DNA from: an uncultured Pseudomonadota bacterium
GTDB taxonomy: Bacteria > Oederibacteriota > Muellerivitia > Muellerivitales > Muellerivitaceae
NCBI GenBank assembly: GCA_963836235.1
Contig: CAWIIP010000002.1
Span: 288,001-352,000, forward strand
Length of the DNA: 64,000 nt
Direction: 5' to 3'
In this document: piece by piece, positions 41,755 to 51,397 of the stretch
Layout: every line of letters begins with the position of its first letter
How positions within the stretch are numbered: position 1 is the stretch's first letter
Notes under the pieces: generated by a model
The model's database searches: none
Seen by the model: the letters and a program-made list of their open reading frames with translations, nothing else
What the model was told of the DNA's origin: nothing
Program-made: the position numbers and the translations under genes

Positions 41755-42561
41755 TTGAGGAGAGGAACAATGAACCTTCGCCTGCAAATCGCGCCCATGG
41801 CTCTCATGGCCGCTGCTTTTCTAACAGCGTCCCTTTCTTACGCCGATGACAAGGCTTGGGTCCAATATTTAAAGCTTTCGAAAACTCAGATGATGGAACT
41901 CCGCAACGCGAATCAGACCAGAAAAGGAACGGTGCAACCCGAAAGGCAGGAACAGGAAGTCGCCACCCAAAGCCTGATGAACCAGGTCCTGGCCAATGCC
42001 GGGGATTCGGCGGTTCAACCCATTCTCAACCAGATTTTAGGGAAAATTAAAACGATCGACGGCGCCGATGAAAATTATTGGCAATCCTTAATGGGAGCCC
42101 TGAACCCAGCCCAAGTCGCCAAAATTTACTTGAAAGACCATCCCCCCAAAAACCCTTCGGCGGCGGCTTCCACCCCGGTAGCTCCCATACCCAATCCGGC
42201 GCCTCCCTATAACTGGAACGCTTATTTCGGCCTCACCCAAGACCAGCAAACCAAGTTAAAGGCGGCGGATCAGGACAAAAACAGCCAGATGAAATCAAAC
42301 CGGGATGAGAAAGAAGCCGCGGTCGAGCAATTAGACCAACTCGTCAATTCCAACGCTCCGGACGGTTCCATCCAACCGACTTTAGAAACCCTTTTCGCGG
42401 ATATACAAATTGAGCACCAAGGCAACCAGGCCTTCTGGGGAACTACATTACCGGGATTCTTGTCATCGACCCAAATGGCCAAGCTTTATCTTCACCGTCA
42501 CACACCGAAAGGGGTATTTAATCCGCCCGCGGTTCTTTCTCCGGCGGCCGCTTCTCATTAA
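41755..42561 (+). CDS. Exported protein with two Spy/CpxP-like helical repeats
   Basis: Duplicated units LKLSKTQ..LNPAQVAKIYL and FGLTQDQ..LSSTQMAKLYL. Confidence 0.6.
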   Translation: MRRGTMNLRLQIAPMALMAAAFLTASLSYADDKAWVQYLKLSKTQMMELRNANQTRKGTVQPERQEQEVATQSLMNQVLANAGDSAVQPILNQILGKIKTIDGADENYWQSLMGALNPAQVAKIYLKDHPPKNPSAAASTPVAPIPNPAPPYNWNAYFGLTQDQQTKLKAADQDKNSQMKSNRDEKEAAVEQLDQLVNSNAPDGSIQPTLETLFADIQIEHQGNQAFWGTTLPGFLSSTQMAKLYLHRHTPKGVFNPPAVLSPAAASH

Positions 42562-42620
42562 ACCAAAAACAACAAAGAGCCGATAATTTGCCGGCCCTTT
42601 GTTAATTCACCCGTCTTTTA

Positions 42621-44288
42621 TCATTTTTCCGACAGCTCAATGATACCCTGCCAGTCTTTCGGGGGACGGCGGCGATGCACTTCGGCCAGGGTCTTGATAT
42701 AACGGGCCGGACGGTCGCTGGGGGGCAGGTGGTCCAATATCTCATAGGCGCTTTCCCAGGCGCCTTTCTCGAATTCTTCCAGGCCCTTGGCGAAAAGTTT
42801 CTCATGATCCAAGTCAGCCGCCAGGGAATGGATCTCAAACAGGTCCAGGGCCACGTTCATTCCCGCGGGCTGGAACCTACCAATACGCCTGACACCGATC
42901 GTATCCAAGGTAATTTTGTTCGCCACTTCCCGGGTAACCAGGATGGGAACCTCGACGATTTTGGTAATGCCTTCGAGCCGGGAGGCCTGGTTGACCACCG
43001 GCCCCATCACCGTATAGGAAAAGAGTTGTTTAGCCCCCATGGATCCGGCCACAACTTGGCCCGTGTGGATGCCGATACCGCAACGCCAGGTAGGTGCTAC
43101 TTTTTCCAGGGCCGCCACCATGGCCAAAGCCGCGCGGCAGGACCGGTTGACGTGCTCAGGATCGGGGAAAGGCAGGTTCCAGCAGGCTAATATCCCATCG
43201 CCCAGGAACTGGAGCACGACCCCGTTTTCCTTGAAAATTTCCTCGGTCATGGCGGTCATCACGTCCTGCAGTTCCCCGGTTTTTTCCAGGATCTTCTCAG
43301 CCCTTCCCTCCGTGAGCTTGGAAAAACCCCTGATATCGAAAAACATGACGGTTCCTTCCGTGAGTTTGGGCTTGAGCTCGTCGGCCTCGGAGGATTCGAT
43401 GATTTTGGAGACAACTTGGCCCGAGAAAAACCTCTGGAGTCTTTCCTTCAACCCCTCCAGCCTCTGCACGGATAAGCTGCGGCCCACCATGTCGGCGATG
43501 AGCCCCACCAGGCGGCAATTGTCCTTGAGAATGGGTTCGTTCCCGCCCTGGCCCGCCACGTAAAAAAGTAGGGGCTCCTCGCCGGGAATTTGGGTGGCGG
43601 CACAAACCGCCCAGTCCGCGCCTTCCTGCAGTGTGGCGGAAAGGCTTTGTTCCCCGCTGGTCCAGCAATAAAGGAAAGGATGGGGGGCGTTTTTCAAAGC
43701 CTCCTCAATGAGGGTCCGGCTGGTCCTGAACCCCGTCGAATCAATCGCCGAATCGACCGCCAATACCTTTCCGCCCGGGCGCATGATCTGGGACCAAGCG
43801 CCCCCGCTGACCGATCTGAGGAGGCTGGCAATATGGGCAAAGGAATCGGAATCAGATTTTTCCCGCAGGATTTCGGGAAGTTCCAGAAGGTCTAAGATAC
43901 GCAAGCGATCGGAAACCTCGCTTTTTTCGTAAATTTCTGCGTGGCCCATCGAAAGTTTCAGGTCTGGTTTTACTTCATCCCGGCGGGAACTTAACAGAGA
44001 GAAAAGAAAACGGGTTTTGCCCACGACGAACTGGTCGCCGTTCTCGATGAAGAAGGCTTCCTTTTCCTGTCCCTGGTGGAAGACGGGATTGGTGGCCCCG
44101 GTTAGGCGCTTGACGTTCAAGCGGCCCGATTTCATGCGCAATTCCAGGTGCCTTCGGCTAAGAAATTTCTCGTGAGAAACCGGCCAATCGGATTCGTCCG
44201 TGCGGCCCAACACCACGGACTGGTTTTCGCCTAACTCGAAGCGAAGGGTGGTCTCGCCCTGCCGGATGGCCTCTACGACGGCCTTCAT
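42621..44288 (-). CDS. FHA-domain adenylate/guanylate cyclase (class III)
   Basis: LGR..SRRH..NP FHA domain; FFDIRGFS, FLGDG, GIHTG, VNQASRLE; likely start ATG 44288. Confidence 0.9.
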   Translation of the reverse strand: MKAVVEAIRQGETTLRFELGENQSVVLGRTDESDWPVSHEKFLSRRHLELRMKSGRLNVKRLTGATNPVFHQGQEKEAFFIENGDQFVVGKTRFLFSLLSSRRDEVKPDLKLSMGHAEIYEKSEVSDRLRILDLLELPEILREKSDSDSFAHIASLLRSVSGGAWSQIMRPGGKVLAVDSAIDSTGFRTSRTLIEEALKNAPHPFLYCWTSGEQSLSATLQEGADWAVCAATQIPGEEPLLFYVAGQGGNEPILKDNCRLVGLIADMVGRSLSVQRLEGLKERLQRFFSGQVVSKIIESSEADELKPKLTEGTVMFFDIRGFSKLTEGRAEKILEKTGELQDVMTAMTEEIFKENGVVLQFLGDGILACWNLPFPDPEHVNRSCRAALAMVAALEKVAPTWRCGIGIHTGQVVAGSMGAKQLFSYTVMGPVVNQASRLEGITKIVEVPILVTREVANKITLDTIGVRRIGRFQPAGMNVALDLFEIHSLAADLDHEKLFAKGLEEFEKGAWESAYEILDHLPPSDRPARYIKTLAEVHRRRPPKDWQGIIELSEK

Positions 44289-44319
44289 GAGGCACCACCA
44301 CTCAAAGGCAAAAACCTTT

Positions 44320-44409
44320 TGAACAACCAAGACACAAAGGGCACCCTGCCAACCTCTTTGAAAGGTTTATGGAAGGTCGACATGGTGTTCTTTGTGTCTT
44401 CGTGGTTCA
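44320..44409. repeat. Palindromic intergenic element with 26-bp inverted arms
   Basis: TGAACAACCAAGACACAAAGGGCACC versus the reverse complement of GGTGTTCTTTGTGTCTTCGTGGTTCA (22/26). Confidence 0.7.
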
Positions 44410-44412
44410 TGT

Positions 44413-47400
44413 TTATTTTTCGCCTTTACGGTATTGCACCCATAATCGTACCCACTGGTCCGCGGGTACCGGATCCAAGGAGCCTTGGGAATTGACTTGG
44501 CACCGCCCCGCCACCTGTGAGGCCAGTAAAAGCCGTTCCGGGTCCGCCTGGGGGCTCACCCAATCGGCATCAATCTTGGTTAGGGTACCGTCCTTGCCCA
44601 ACAGTTTGACGTAATTTTCAGAGGGATCAAATCCCATGGCCCGGACCAAGGTTCCGTCCTGCACTTCTTCGCTGATGGCTTCCCCAGTTCGGGTATCCCA
44701 CCATTGCCATCCCCCATCCTGATAGGCCACGAAAAGGGCTTCGCCTTTCGGACTGAAGGAACAGTCCTGGATCGGCCCCTCATGCTTCAAGGAATTACCG
44801 ATGGGTAAGCCTGTAACGAGGTCCCAAAGACGGATGTTTCCGTCCCCTCCCAAGGTAGCTGCCTTCTTGCTGTCCGGGCATAAGATCGCGCCCGAAAGCC
44901 CCGGACCATGTTTTAAGCTCAAAAGGATCTTGCCGGTCTTCGTGTCATATAGAACCGCCGTGGAACCGGAGTACAAAAGCAGGCTGCCGCTATCCGGGCT
45001 GAAAACGGCATTTTTCACGCCCTTCTCGATTTTCACCAATGGCTTCATATCCCCCTCGCCCGCCGGATAAAGTTTGAAGCCCCCGTTCACGCTCAAGGCC
45101 GCCATTTTCTCCCCGTCCGGGGAAAGCAGGGCTTTGGTGATGTTCAAACCCGTTGGAACTGGCTTACCCCATTCCTCACCGGTTGAGGCTTTCCAAGACC
45201 TTAAATACTTATCCTCGCCGCCCGTTAGGATTTTCATTCCATCCGCGCTAAAAGCCCCTCCGTGCACGGCCTTTTCATGAGGAAGGGCCGTGAATTTGCC
45301 CGTCGCTAGGTTCCAAAGGCGGGCTTCATTGTCCTTGTCACATATCAACAGGCTTGAGCCGTCCGGATTAAAAACAGCCCGCAAAATGCTTCCCCCGGCG
45401 ACCATAACCTCACCCACCGGACCACCGGTGGCCGCGTCCCATAAGCAAGCGGTCTTGCCCCCATAGGTCAGGACTTGCTTCAAATCCGGGCTAAAAAGGG
45501 CATGGTCCTGGAGTTTTTTGAAATGTTCCCGGCCGGATTTTTCCCATTCGAGCGAAGCCGGGTCTTCTTCATCCCCGCCTCTTTTCCAAAGACAGGCCAA
45601 TCCATCCTTGCATCCAGTCGCCAAGCTATTCCCCTGGGGCTGGAAAGCTGCAGCAGTGATCATGTCTCCCTGCCAAAAAGCGTGGTCCAGCAGTTCGCCC
45701 CGTTGGGCGTCCCAAACCCGGACTACATGGTCGGTGTCGCCGGTGAGAATCTCGCTACCGTCTGAATTAAAGGCAAGGACCATGATCTTGCCCGGCGTTT
45801 TCAGACTAAATTTCAAGGGGAGGTGGGATTGGGCGCCCCAAACCCGGGCCAACCCCACCGCCCCGCCAAAAACAACCGAGGTCAGCACGCGTTTTCCATC
45901 CGGGCTATAAACAGCCCGGGCTCCCACTCCATCCAGAAAAAGCGGATGCCCCGACCGCCGGGCCTTATTGTCGTAAAATTTCACCGTTCCATCCCATCCG
46001 GTAACCAGGAAACCCCTTCCGTCCGGGTTAAAAACTACGCTGGGCTTATACCAAGCCGGTGCTCCTTGGAGATCCACTTTAATGGAATCGCCCAAAGCGT
46101 TGCCGTTGTCCGCCTCCCACAGTTGGACGGCTCCTTCCTTATCCACCGTCAAGACCCTATCGGCGTTCGGGTTGAAAGCCGCCAGAAAAAGGGGCCGGTC
46201 ATGTTCCATCGGGGTCGCCAAAGGCCTTCCGGTAGCTGTGTTCCATTCCCGTGCGATGCCGTCCGCACTGGCGGTGAGCACTTTTTGACCGTCATCGCTG
46301 AAGGATACGGAGGTGATTTCTTTTTTCTGCTCGACTTGGCGGCCCACGGCCTTTTGGGTGGCCACATCGAAAACCTGGGCTTCCCCTTGTGAGTCTCCCA
46401 GAACCAATTTGGAACCGTTCTTGCTGAAAGCCGCAGCGGTTAAGGCTCCGCCCAACTTGAGAGGACGGCTCACGGCTTGCCCTGTTTCAGCGTCCCAAAG
46501 CTTGGCTCCCAAGGTGCCGCCCGCGGTCAAAAGGATTTTCCCGTCCGGACTGTAGGCCACCGCCACCACGCTTCCATCGTGGGCGAAAAAACGCTTCGGA
46601 ATTGGCGGCATGTGCAATACGGCGTTGCCCCGGGCCAAAAGTGATGGAAACATCTTGTTGGAAGCGGCGAAATAGGCGGTTGCCGAAGCCTCATCCCCCT
46701 TCTCCAGAAATTCCCTTCCCCGCAGGACATAGTTAAAAGCGGTATCCTGGATTTGGGCCTTTTGGTGCTGGGATACAATGAAAAGCGCGGCCAGCACTGC
46801 CACGAGGGCCGCACAAGTGACCAACACCGAGGTCCGGTAACGCAGGAAGAATTTACCCAGCCAATAGCCCAAATCCTGGGAGAGGGGGCTGACCGGCTTG
46901 CCTTCCCGCCGGTTTTTGAGGTCCTTGAGCACCCCGGCAGCAGAGCTATACCTTTCATCGGGATTAGCCCTCATGCATTTGGCCACAATAGCCGAAAGGT
47001 CCCGATCCACCGCGCCTTTGGTGCGGGTGAAAAGGTCAGGTACGGTCTGGAATTCGATGGCCTCGCGGTAGATTTTTAATCTTTCACTCACGCCGGGGGC
47101 CATCTCCAATTGGTCCGATATTTCAGCATGGGGAACTTGGTGGGCCAGGACGGCATAAATGGTGCACCCTAAGGCGTAAATATCCCACCGGGGATCGGGT
47201 TGGGGAGGATTTTCCGGATCTTCCATTAAGGCCTGTTCGGGTGCCATAAAAAAAAGGGTTCCCAGGGCTCCGCCCGATTCCCTCAAAATCCGGGAGTTTC
47301 CAAAATCCGCCACCCGAACATGCCTTTCCTCATCCAGAAGAACATTAGCGGGTTTGAGATCGCAATGGACCATCTGTTTGGCATGGACATATTGAAGGGC

Positions 47401-47883
47401 CTGGGCGATTTCCTCCATCCAATCGGCGACCTCGCCCGTTTCCAAAGCCTCTTTCCCTGCCCGACCGCTTTCCATCAACTGCTCCAGGGAACCTTCCTGG
47501 GCCAGGTCCATCACGTAATAGGGAATCTCGCCGCTGAGGTCCGCGTCCAACAGGGACACGATATGGGGATGCTTGTCCAAACGAATGAGGCGATCGGCCT
47601 CCCGTTGCAGGTAAAACCAATAGACGCCGCTTTTTTTGGTGAAGATTTTCACAGCAACGAATTTACGCGTGCGGAGCTGAACGGCTTCCCAAACCTCGGC
47701 ATAGGCCCCACGGCCAATGGGCTTCAGGAGCATGTAACCGGTGATCTTAGGGGCATCGGAATGCTGTTTTAAATCCGGCAATTCAGACAACTTCTGGGAA
47801 ACCTTTTGGGCATCTATCGTTTGGGCCATGGTGTGGAGGATATTGTCGGGTTCTTCGGATGGGTTTTTCTTTTTCCGAGCCAT
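44413..47883 (-). CDS. Hanks-type Ser/Thr kinase with TM segment and WD40 repeats
   Basis: IGRGAYAEV, VAVK, HCDLKPANVLL, DFG, APE; many FSPDG..WD repeats. Confidence 0.93.
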   Translation of the reverse strand: MARKKKNPSEEPDNILHTMAQTIDAQKVSQKLSELPDLKQHSDAPKITGYMLLKPIGRGAYAEVWEAVQLRTRKFVAVKIFTKKSGVYWFYLQREADRLIRLDKHPHIVSLLDADLSGEIPYYVMDLAQEGSLEQLMESGRAGKEALETGEVADWMEEIAQALQYVHAKQMVHCDLKPANVLLDEERHVRVADFGNSRILRESGGALGTLFFMAPEQALMEDPENPPQPDPRWDIYALGCTIYAVLAHQVPHAEISDQLEMAPGVSERLKIYREAIEFQTVPDLFTRTKGAVDRDLSAIVAKCMRANPDERYSSAAGVLKDLKNRREGKPVSPLSQDLGYWLGKFFLRYRTSVLVTCAALVAVLAALFIVSQHQKAQIQDTAFNYVLRGREFLEKGDEASATAYFAASNKMFPSLLARGNAVLHMPPIPKRFFAHDGSVVAVAYSPDGKILLTAGGTLGAKLWDAETGQAVSRPLKLGGALTAAAFSKNGSKLVLGDSQGEAQVFDVATQKAVGRQVEQKKEITSVSFSDDGQKVLTASADGIAREWNTATGRPLATPMEHDRPLFLAAFNPNADRVLTVDKEGAVQLWEADNGNALGDSIKVDLQGAPAWYKPSVVFNPDGRGFLVTGWDGTVKFYDNKARRSGHPLFLDGVGARAVYSPDGKRVLTSVVFGGAVGLARVWGAQSHLPLKFSLKTPGKIMVLAFNSDGSEILTGDTDHVVRVWDAQRGELLDHAFWQGDMITAAAFQPQGNSLATGCKDGLACLWKRGGDEEDPASLEWEKSGREHFKKLQDHALFSPDLKQVLTYGGKTACLWDAATGGPVGEVMVAGGSILRAVFNPDGSSLLICDKDNEARLWNLATGKFTALPHEKAVHGGAFSADGMKILTGGEDKYLRSWKASTGEEWGKPVPTGLNITKALLSPDGEKMAALSVNGGFKLYPAGEGDMKPLVKIEKGVKNAVFSPDSGSLLLYSGSTAVLYDTKTGKILLSLKHGPGLSGAILCPDSKKAATLGGDGNIRLWDLVTGLPIGNSLKHEGPIQDCSFSPKGEALFVAYQDGGWQWWDTRTGEAISEEVQDGTLVRAMGFDPSENYVKLLGKDGTLTKIDADWVSPQADPERLLLASQVAGRCQVNSQGSLDPVPADQWVRLWVQYRKGEK

Positions 47884-48010
47884 GGTTTCCTCAAGGTGTC
47901 ATCACCGGGGTCACCCGGCGGATAGATCGAGACCAAATGATACCTGATTTAAGGGGAACAAAAAAGCCGGGATCCTCATCGAAGTTTTCCTTGAAGATTG
48001 TGATTCGAGG

Positions 48011-49246
48011 TTAAAACCAGTAGCGGAAACGAAAAAAAATCGCTGAAAGGATTTTGCTCCAAAGAGGTCTTTGTTTCAACTCCGCTAAATTAATTTCTCG
48101 GCAATGAGCTTGGTCTTTTTCAAACCGAAGTTCCAAATTTAGGAGAGATTTTTTTTCCTGGGGAATGACATTGACTTCCAAATCCTTTCGTAGGCTTCGG
48201 TAATCCAAATTGCTGGAACCCACCAAAGCCCAAGAATCCATTAAAATCGTTTTTGCGTGAAGAATCCGTCCCTCCAATTCGAAAATTCGGCAACCTGCTT
48301 TCAGAAGGGAGGGAAAATAAGTCATGGAGACCCATCGCACCATGGGAACATCCGATCTGCCGGGCAAGATCAGGCGGACGTCACAGCCCCTTTTGGCCGC
48401 CCGGACCAGCCCCCTTAAAAGAGGCCCAGTTGGAATAAAATAAGGCGTGATCAGCCAAGTGCGGCGCCGGGCCGAGCCGATGCGTTGAAGTAATTCCCTC
48501 CGGAACAACCGACGCAGTTTTCGGCTGGCGGTCATACGAATGGGGCTTCCCATCACATCGTTCGTAAGCCACTTGATCAGGGAATGACGGTACAAGTGGG
48601 CGAAATGGTGGGGCCAGGGATCTTCCCAAGCCACATGGAAGGCCAGTTGAAAAACCAGGCTATGAACTCCTGAAAGACCGATACCCGTGTCCCGCCAGGC
48701 CGTCTTCCCTCTCACCTTTTCCAAGTGCCAATCGGAAACATTGAAACTTCCGATCCAAACCTTCTGACCGTCAACAATATATTGTTTTCGGTGGTCCCGG
48801 TGTTTTCCGCTGTTAAAGATGGAAAACGCGTATTGGACGGATTGAACCGGACGAAGAAACCGAAAACGGTGGAGGATGGATGAAAAAAAAGTGGGCCAAG
48901 AACGGTATATCCGGTGCTGAACCCGCCCTTTTTCCAATCGCGGGCCATAATGGGCAAGAAAGTCGGGTGAACCAACCCCATCCACCAATAATCGCACCCG
49001 GACGCCGCGCCGTTGGGCTCGAATAAGGGCATCGACCATTTGATCCGCCAAACGGCCCGGCTCGAAGATATAGGTTTCGATATCAATGTTCTTACGGGCT
49101 TTTTTAAGGGCTTTCAAGACATCCCGGAAATAATCGTCGCCGCGGAAATAAATTTTTTCTTTGGCCCAGTTTTTTCTGGATTTAGCCGCAGGGGGCTGTT
49201 TCGATAGGGTTGAAGGAGATTTCATGGATTTGTTCGGATTCCTCAA
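48011..49246 (-). CDS. Cardiolipin synthase B-like phospholipase D
   Basis: Two HKD motifs (HRKQYIVD, HAKTILMD), GSSNLD, no N-terminal TMs. Confidence 0.88.
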   Translation of the reverse strand: MRNPNKSMKSPSTLSKQPPAAKSRKNWAKEKIYFRGDDYFRDVLKALKKARKNIDIETYIFEPGRLADQMVDALIRAQRRGVRVRLLVDGVGSPDFLAHYGPRLEKGRVQHRIYRSWPTFFSSILHRFRFLRPVQSVQYAFSIFNSGKHRDHRKQYIVDGQKVWIGSFNVSDWHLEKVRGKTAWRDTGIGLSGVHSLVFQLAFHVAWEDPWPHHFAHLYRHSLIKWLTNDVMGSPIRMTASRKLRRLFRRELLQRIGSARRRTWLITPYFIPTGPLLRGLVRAAKRGCDVRLILPGRSDVPMVRWVSMTYFPSLLKAGCRIFELEGRILHAKTILMDSWALVGSSNLDYRSLRKDLEVNVIPQEKKSLLNLELRFEKDQAHCREINLAELKQRPLWSKILSAIFFRFRYWF

Positions 49247-49339
49247 AGAGACATGGTTGATCGTAACCTTTGTACCCCTCCAAACCTATAAAAGGAAGGT
49301 TGGATTGCTTTTTAAAAAGGACAGGGCTAATTTAAAGAC

Positions 49340-49732
49340 ATGAGTTTTAAAAACATCTTCTTAATCATGGGTATTTTTCTCTGGTTGGCCGAACCCTTCC
49401 TCACCCCGGGGGTGACCACTCAGCGCGCCAAGACCCAGGTTTGTTCCACTTGCGGGATGAAAAACACCTGTGGTGTCGTTTGTTGCTGCTCTCATTCCCC
49501 CTGTTCAAAGCAGTCCTCTCAACAAGTGCCGGGTCTTTACGCCGCCGGTTGCCATCCGGACGGTTCCCGTTCCAGCCTTTTTCCCAATAGCTTCGCAAGG
49601 TGGATGCCCCCTCCGGGTTTTAAAATCCTTCCCCTCTTCACCCAGCATAAGCTGACCCTCATGACCGTCGTTCCTTTGGCAGTCTTTTCGGAAGTTCCTA
49701 CCCCTCCTCCTAATTTGGATTTTCGCTCGTAG
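49340..49732 (+). CDS. Cys-rich small protein with C-terminal PTPPP (DUF2946/CutF/CruR-like leader candidate)
   Basis: Hydrophobic N-terminus, CSTC..CGVVCCC..C, ends EVPTPPPNLDFRS. Confidence 0.55.
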   Translation: MSFKNIFLIMGIFLWLAEPFLTPGVTTQRAKTQVCSTCGMKNTCGVVCCCSHSPCSKQSSQQVPGLYAAGCHPDGSRSSLFPNSFARWMPPPGFKILPLFTQHKLTLMTVVPLAVFSEVPTPPPNLDFRS

Positions 49733-49764
49733 TTTTTTCACAAAAATCCAAAGGAGAAAATTCA

Positions 49765-50796
49765 ATGATGAATCAATGGCGTTTGCTGTTTTTGTTATTA
49801 GCTTGTTTCTTAACGGCATTTCAATCGGTAATGGCTTGTTCGGTCTGCGGTTGCGGCGACCCCTTGGCTTCCTCGGGCAGCGCCCATCCGATGGCGGATT
49901 CCTTCCGGTTGGATTTCGAGAGTATTTATCTCACGGCCGCCGCGATAGGCGACGCCCCCGGCGATACCCAATGGGAATCATTGCGCCAAGTCAACTTAAA
50001 CACCACCTTGAGCTATGCTCCAACTGACGACATCTCGCTTATAGTGATGCTGCCATTGGTTGAAAAGTATTGGTCGCTTTCAGCCGGACCCGGCAACGCA
50101 TATGCCGTTGTACCGGGCGGGGACATAGCGGATACGGGCACACCTTTCGGTATTGGTGATATTAATATCGGAGCCCGTTACTTTTTTTGGCAGGAGACCG
50201 ACTTCAAAACGAAAATACACCAGGCCTTGGCGCTTTCCGTCGGTTCTTATCTGCCTACCGGCACGACAAACATTATCTCCGGCATTACGGGAAATCCGAT
50301 TGATACCCATGCCCAATTAGGCACGGGCGCTTTTGGACTTTACGCCGGTTTGTTATACAACCATGTTTGGGATGATTTTACCCTGAGCGCAAACGGGAAC
50401 GTGATTTTCCATACAGCCGCCCTTACGAACGACACCGATTCGGCGGTTTATGAATATACTTTTGGCACTTCTTACACCGGAGGTATTTCAGGTCAACTAA
50501 AGGTCGGAGATACCCTGGCGGTTGGTTTGGCGTTGGAAGGACGATACACAGACCCCGACACCGAACCCAACCCTAACGATAGCAACAGTGACGGAAGTAT
50601 AGCCGCCGGACAGCCCATATGGGACACGCCCAACACCGGTGGCACGGTCATCGATCTTTCACCTTCGGTTTATTGGAATGTGTCGGGCGATTCGGTTCTT
50701 TACGGAAAAGTTCAGATCCCCACGATCACCAATTTCATTGGTTCGCAGACACTGGGACCCACTTACGTTTTCGGCACCCAATTTCTTATCCACTGA
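49765..50796 (+). CDS. Putative outer-membrane beta-barrel transporter (MetA-pathway/SphA-like) with N-terminal CxxCGC
   Basis: Signal peptide then ACSVCGC; GIGDI, LPTG, QLGTG; alternating beta strands and aromatic C-terminus. Confidence 0.7.
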   Translation: MMNQWRLLFLLLACFLTAFQSVMACSVCGCGDPLASSGSAHPMADSFRLDFESIYLTAAAIGDAPGDTQWESLRQVNLNTTLSYAPTDDISLIVMLPLVEKYWSLSAGPGNAYAVVPGGDIADTGTPFGIGDINIGARYFFWQETDFKTKIHQALALSVGSYLPTGTTNIISGITGNPIDTHAQLGTGAFGLYAGLLYNHVWDDFTLSANGNVIFHTAALTNDTDSAVYEYTFGTSYTGGISGQLKVGDTLAVGLALEGRYTDPDTEPNPNDSNSDGSIAAGQPIWDTPNTGGTVIDLSPSVYWNVSGDSVLYGKVQIPTITNFIGSQTLGPTYVFGTQFLIH

Positions 50797-50827
50797 TATT
50801 TAAGAAGCAAGAATTCGGGTAGAATTG

Positions 50828-50862
50828 AGCTCGTTCGCAACAAAAAACCGAACGGGCTCTTT
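50828..50862 (+). terminator. Intrinsic terminator
   Basis: GAGCTCGTTCG..CGAACGGGCTCTTT. Confidence 0.6.
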
Positions 50863-50927
50863 ACTTAGGGCTCGGGATCATTTAGCTTTGTGCCCTTCCA
50901 TAATTAGCGGGTAAAGAAAGGAAAAAG

Positions 50928-51389
50928 ATGACTCTCTTTAAATATTTCAACCCTGTTTTTTTTCTCTTTATCTTGGGGATCCTGCTTCCGCGAACCCTCC
51001 TGGCGGACGCGAAAGATCTCAAAAGCCTTCAATCAGATTTCTCAAAAACGGCGCTTCCCATCCTCCAGCAAAGTTGTTTCGCCTGTCACGGTCCTAAGCC
51101 GCAAAGCACGGATGGCATCCAAGACTCCAACCTGAAGAAAAAGACCGTTAAAGTGATTGCCAAAGCCCAAAAAGAATTCTCCATGGTCGAAACTTTTCCC
51201 TTTCCCGAAAGCGATGATCCCAAGGACGATTTGAAAGATATAACTAAAGCACTTCAAAAAGGATGGATGCCTCCCAAATCTCAAAAAACTTTGAATTTGG
51301 GCCAACCCTTGAGCGCCCAGGATAAAAAAGTCCTTTTAGATTGGGCGCTCAGGACACTAAAATCAACTCCCGATAAATCCGTTCAATAG
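50928..51389 (+). CDS. Monoheme c-type cytochrome domain protein
   Basis: Signal peptide, CFACH, MPP distal Met, LS..DK..L.DW. Confidence 0.8.
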   Translation: MTLFKYFNPVFFLFILGILLPRTLLADAKDLKSLQSDFSKTALPILQQSCFACHGPKPQSTDGIQDSNLKKKTVKVIAKAQKEFSMVETFPFPESDDPKDDLKDITKALQKGWMPPKSQKTLNLGQPLSAQDKKVLLDWALRTLKSTPDKSVQ

Positions 51390-51397
51390 GAAAACCG

